This document shows positions 60,854-64,000 of a stretch of 64,000 nucleotides of DNA, piece by piece. The DNA is from a virus. Within the stretch, counting starts at the first letter, position 1. Each line of letters begins with the position of its first letter. Under the pieces are notes generated by a model. It saw only the letters and a list, made by a program, of their open reading frames with translations, made no database searches and was not told the DNA's origin. A program made the translations under genes and the position numbers. The DNA lies in the IMG/VR virus record IMGVR_UViG_3300008055_000251, one strand, 5' to 3'.

Positions 60854-62712
60854 TAGTACTGCTCCCAGCCGGCGCGGAGGGCTTCTGCTTCGCCCTCGGA
60901 TACAGAGGAGAGCCCTGCCACAGTCTGCCGCGGATAGAAGGATGCGATTGCACGTTGTGCGGCTTTCACGCTGCGAAATCCGATGGCATAAGGACCGGCG
61001 ATCAGTTCTCCCTGACGGTCAAAGCGCGCTCGATACAGCTTGCGTCCGTAAGAGCGATGTGGGCCTACAACAAATAGCGATGCATTCTCTGTGGTATCAA
61101 TTCGCTGCCCGTCGGGTGCAATCAAGTGGCCGATCCGATTGCCATCCCGCTCACCGGTGACGCGGATTCGGTATCCATGCGCCTGGTAGGTGTCAAGGGC
61201 GTCGAGGTTCTGCTGACCCTCTGGAAGAATTGGAGCCTCCTCTTCAGGCGGCGCAGTCTCGTCCAAGGGAGCGCCTGGCTCTTGGGGACCGGAAGCCATG
61301 GCCTGAGCCTGGGCCTCCATATTCATCATTTGCATCTGGAAGTCTGATTCAGCTTTTACCCGCATCTGCTCGCTAAACTCTTCATCTAGTGTGGTTTCTA
61401 TGCTGTACTCCGTACCGCCGAAACGTGCTTCTCGTATCTCAATGGGATTTAGAACACCCATATTTACGTACTGCGAATCGACGGAGGCCATTTTTGCTCT
61501 TAAATCTGCTTTTTCACTTGCTGTCTCGGTGAAAACGCTCGGGAATTCGACGCTCCACTTCTGAGGGGGCCGTCCTCGGGTGGGTCCTTCGCGCGAGGCG
61601 AGGATGTAGGTGAAGACTTCGGTCACCGCCGTGCGGCAGTAGAGCTCCTGCCACTGCTCGACGAGAGTTGCCCAGACGCGCTCCTCGAAGCGGCCCTCTT
61701 TGCCCAGGCCCCCGGGGGAGTCGCCCATGAGGATCGAGGCGGGCCAGCCGGTCGCTGCTTGCAGATCCTTCACGAAGGGATCGGTCGCCGTGGCGATGTT
61801 GCTGAGTGCACGGTTGAGGAAGCTCAGTTCCTCTTCGGTGTCCACCACCATGCCGCCATAGACCGAGCGGCTGAGGTTGTTGGCCTCGAGGCGCTTGCGC
61901 AGATCGCTCTCGTTCCCAGAAGCAATGCGGTTGAAAAGACCGGGGATCTTGTGGACGAACAGGTCCGAGTCGGTGGTCATCGACTCCAGGCCCGACATCG
62001 CGGTCTCGTAGCGCTTGTACGCCTCCCACACGAGCTGAAGCACCGGCAGGCCCCACCCTGTGTTGCGCACTCGGACGTTCCAGGGGAGGTAAAGCCCGTC
62101 GAAGCGCGCTACGCGGGATGAGTGTATGCGCACATTGACATATTGCCCTTGTTGCTCGGGCGTGAGCCGCTGCGCGGTGGTGATCCGGTAGTGCGAGGGC
62201 TTGGTGTAGTCCGTGATCGAGAAGTCTTCCGGAATCAGCTCCCAGCGGGAGAGGGGGACATAGCCCCGGACAGCGCGGATGCGTGCGACGTCGACTGGCT
62301 CCTCCGGAGGGAGGCCGTCATCGATGAGGAGCACCAGGCCGGCGCCGCCGTAGAGGCGCTGAAGCTTGACGACCTCGGCGAAGGCGTGATGGAACTGAGT
62401 GGCTTTGAGGTACTCCTCGAAGTCGGCGATCAGGTCGTTGGCGTTCTTCTGCTCGTCACCACCAAGTTTGATCGTGGTCTGGTGGCGCAGGATCTCGTCG
62501 GAGATGGCGTCGACGTAGCGCCTTGGGATGCCGTGGACATATAGGGCCTCGAGTTCGCCCTCGCTGAGGATGGGTTTAGCGCCTACGGAAGTAGCAACTG
62601 TTTTGTCCTTGGTCGTTAGACCCATGCCGGACAGTACATTTACTAACGCACCATCATTCCGGAAATTATCAGCATTCGTTTCCACGTTGGTCGTAGGCTG
62701 ACTGATATACAA
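60853..62712 (-). CDS. portal protein (DUF1073-type) with C-terminal extension
   Basis: FRNDGALVNVLSGMG, RRYVDAISDEILR, RLYGGAGL, IHSSRV, GWPASILMGDSPGGL. Confidence 0.9.
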   Translation of the reverse strand: MYISQPTTNVETNADNFRNDGALVNVLSGMGLTTKDKTVATSVGAKPILSEGELEALYVHGIPRRYVDAISDEILRHQTTIKLGGDEQKNANDLIADFEEYLKATQFHHAFAEVVKLQRLYGGAGLVLLIDDGLPPEEPVDVARIRAVRGYVPLSRWELIPEDFSITDYTKPSHYRITTAQRLTPEQQGQYVNVRIHSSRVARFDGLYLPWNVRVRNTGWGLPVLQLVWEAYKRYETAMSGLESMTTDSDLFVHKIPGLFNRIASGNESDLRKRLEANNLSRSVYGGMVVDTEEELSFLNRALSNIATATDPFVKDLQAATGWPASILMGDSPGGLGKEGRFEERVWATLVEQWQELYCRTAVTEVFTYILASREGPTRGRPPQKWSVEFPSVFTETASEKADLRAKMASVDSQYVNMGVLNPIEIREARFGGTEYSIETTLDEEFSEQMRVKAESDFQMQMMNMEAQAQAMASGPQEPGAPLDETAPPEEEAPILPEGQQNLDALDTYQAHGYRIRVTGERDGNRIGHLIAPDGQRIDTTENASLFVVGPHRSYGRKLYRARFDRQGELIAGPYAIGFRSVKAAQRAIASFYPRQTVAGLSSVSEGEAEALRAGWEQY

Positions 62713-62866
62713 AGGTTATCGCTGGGCGTCGACACTGCGAGAGAAACTTGTCAGTGAGCGGTTTTGTATAGACTAAAGTTATCGTTGATACTTCGAAACG
62801 TAAGGTAAACTTCTCAATGCTTCGCTTGGCCGGTCTCGGTACGCTGAAACAGCGGCCGGACGGCGC

Positions 62867-63187
62867 ATGTTGGACCATCACATCGATGGGTCCCTCCTCT
62901 GCTCGAAACGCTTTGCGAAGTTGCGATTCCGCCAGGGCATCTTGAGCTCGTGGGGTGGATGCTGCGCGTACTGCGGGGCGCCAGCGGGCACGCTCGATCA
63001 CGTCAAGGCGAAGCGGCGGGGCGGGCCGACGGTGCAGCGCAACTTGGTGGCGGCCTGCGCGACGTGCAACCGTGCGAAGGGTTCAGAGGAGTGGCTCGTG
63101 TGGTTCCGGGCTCAGTGCTTCTGGGAAGAGCACCGGGAAGACGCGATTTACGAATGGATGGGGGCTGCGAGGATCGAACTCGCCTGA
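62867..63187 (+). CDS. HNH endonuclease
   Basis: CAYCG...TLDHVKAKRRGG...NLVAACATCNRAKG. Confidence 0.9.
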   Translation: MLDHHIDGSLLCSKRFAKLRFRQGILSSWGGCCAYCGAPAGTLDHVKAKRRGGPTVQRNLVAACATCNRAKGSEEWLVWFRAQCFWEEHREDAIYEWMGAARIELA

Positions 63188-63231
63188 GGCCGATTATGAG
63201 TCGGCTGCTCTCACCAGATAGCTAAGCCCCC
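63159..63231 (-). tRNA. tRNA with CAT anticodon (non-initiator: Ile2 or elongator Met)
   Basis: GGGGGCT/AGCCCCC acceptor, D arm with TGG, anticodon arm GCCGA-CTCATAA-TCGGC, T arm GCGAG-TTCGATC-CTCGC, discriminator A; no encoded CCA. Confidence 0.9.
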
Positions 63232-63494
63232 GGGCTCGGGATGTCGTTAAGCACGGCGTAGTCCCCCACGATGCGTAGGGCTGCTTCGTTGTAGGCACGG
63301 GCGGCTTCTATTTCGCATTTGTAGACGCCGATTTGGTAGCGAACTCCCATATGGGTGATCGCAGCTCGATAGGGGTGCGTGGCAGTGCCTTTGGTCACTC
63401 CGCGAAAGCGTGAGAAGGCGTCCTTGCGTAGTGGACGGCGAGCTTGCGATAGGTAGAAGTCCTTATCGCTCATGCGTTTGCGGTAGTACGACAT
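63222..63494 (-). CDS. AP2-domain DNA-binding protein
   Basis: SRFRGVT...YRAAI...IGVYKCEIEAARAYNEAALRIVGDYAVLN. Confidence 0.85.
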   Translation of the reverse strand: MSYYRKRMSDKDFYLSQARRPLRKDAFSRFRGVTKGTATHPYRAAITHMGVRYQIGVYKCEIEAARAYNEAALRIVGDYAVLNDIPSPGA

Positions 63495-63498
63495 ACAA

Positions 63499-64000
63499 TT
63501 AAATGTGCGCGAAGAATCCTGCAGTGTTTGGGGTCTCTGGAATGGCGTGACAGGCGAACGCTAGAGCCATGACACAATCGTCGTGTGCTCCAGATGCAGC
63601 TTCTCGTTGGCCGGATTCTTTCTGTTGGAAAGCGCGAAGCTCATTAGGAATGGCGCCCTCGGGGAAGATCAACTCGTCGTGTTCCATCAGGAACAGGATG
63701 CGATCGGTAGCAACGATCTTGCTGGGGCGGCTGGTGTTGAAGGTTTCGATAGCATATTTGGGCAAAGCAGTGGAGAGCGCTTCTGCGATCACAGCGCCCA
63801 TTGCTTGTTTCTCCACGATTACCCGCTCTGGAAGGTAATCCTCGATGAGGCTTTTCACATGGCGCAAGCTGTAATCAGTGCTCTTGCCGTTCTCGTGGTA
63901 CATGCCAACGACCTCGTAGGGCGTTTCGGTGATGTCCAGCACGATCGCTGTGAAGTAATCGTTGCCGCCGGCGTTGGGGTCGACGCCAATCACGTAGGTG
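63499..64000 (-). CDS. terL: terminase large subunit, C-terminal nuclease domain (partial)
   Basis: YVIGVDPNAGGNDY...VIVEKQAMG...HDDCVMALAFA; upstream of portal. Confidence 0.9.
   Translation of the reverse strand, partial: TYVIGVDPNAGGNDYFTAIVLDITETPYEVVGMYHENGKSTDYSLRHVKSLIEDYLPERVIVEKQAMGAVIAEALSTALPKYAIETFNTSRPSKIVATDRILFLMEHDELIFPEGAIPNELRAFQQKESGQREAASGAHDDCVMALAFACHAIPETPNTAGFFAHI

Noticed and set aside
1-64000. Photosystem or other classic cyanophage metabolic genes (psbA, hli, talC, RNR)
   Set aside because: No matching motifs found in this window; they could lie in the part of the genome outside it

Overview
The whole window is a large part of the genome of a long-tailed (siphovirus-type) temperate dsDNA phage. 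Its host is most likely a picocyanobacterium (Synechococcus/Cyanobium-like), judged from a cyanobacterial-type ThyX, cyAbrB regulator, group-2-like sigma-70 factor and an NblA-like ORF. Layout: (1) 1-12.9 kb, leftward early/accessory and nucleotide-metabolism genes (DUF932-like, RlpA-like, sigma factor, ThyX, dNMP kinase, exonuclease, SSB-like), including an ORF-free, heavily base-paired ~0.65-0.95 kb segment at 4.66-5.6 kb; (2) 13.1-19.8 kb, rightward replication module (primase-helicase, PolA, AbrB-like, KilA-N, excisionase-like); (3) 19.8-21.2 kb, tyrosine integrase and an intact attP carrying the 3' half of a tRNA-Ser(UGA), so the sequence is the excised form; (4) a two-domain endolysin; (5) 22.4-64 kb, leftward virion genes (tail fibres, tail tip, tape measure, G/GT chaperones with a -1 slippery site, tail tube, head-tail joining, DUF2184-type capsid, DUF2213 protease/scaffold, MuF, DUF1073-type portal, tRNA-CAT, partial TerL). 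The most striking candidates are a set of head-cluster proteins that share an N-terminal R-x-D motif with capsid, portal and protease (putative protease-processed capsid cargo polyproteins), and a putative large structured ncRNA downstream of a repeated unusual promoter motif. All product calls come from motif recognition by eye; no database searches were run.
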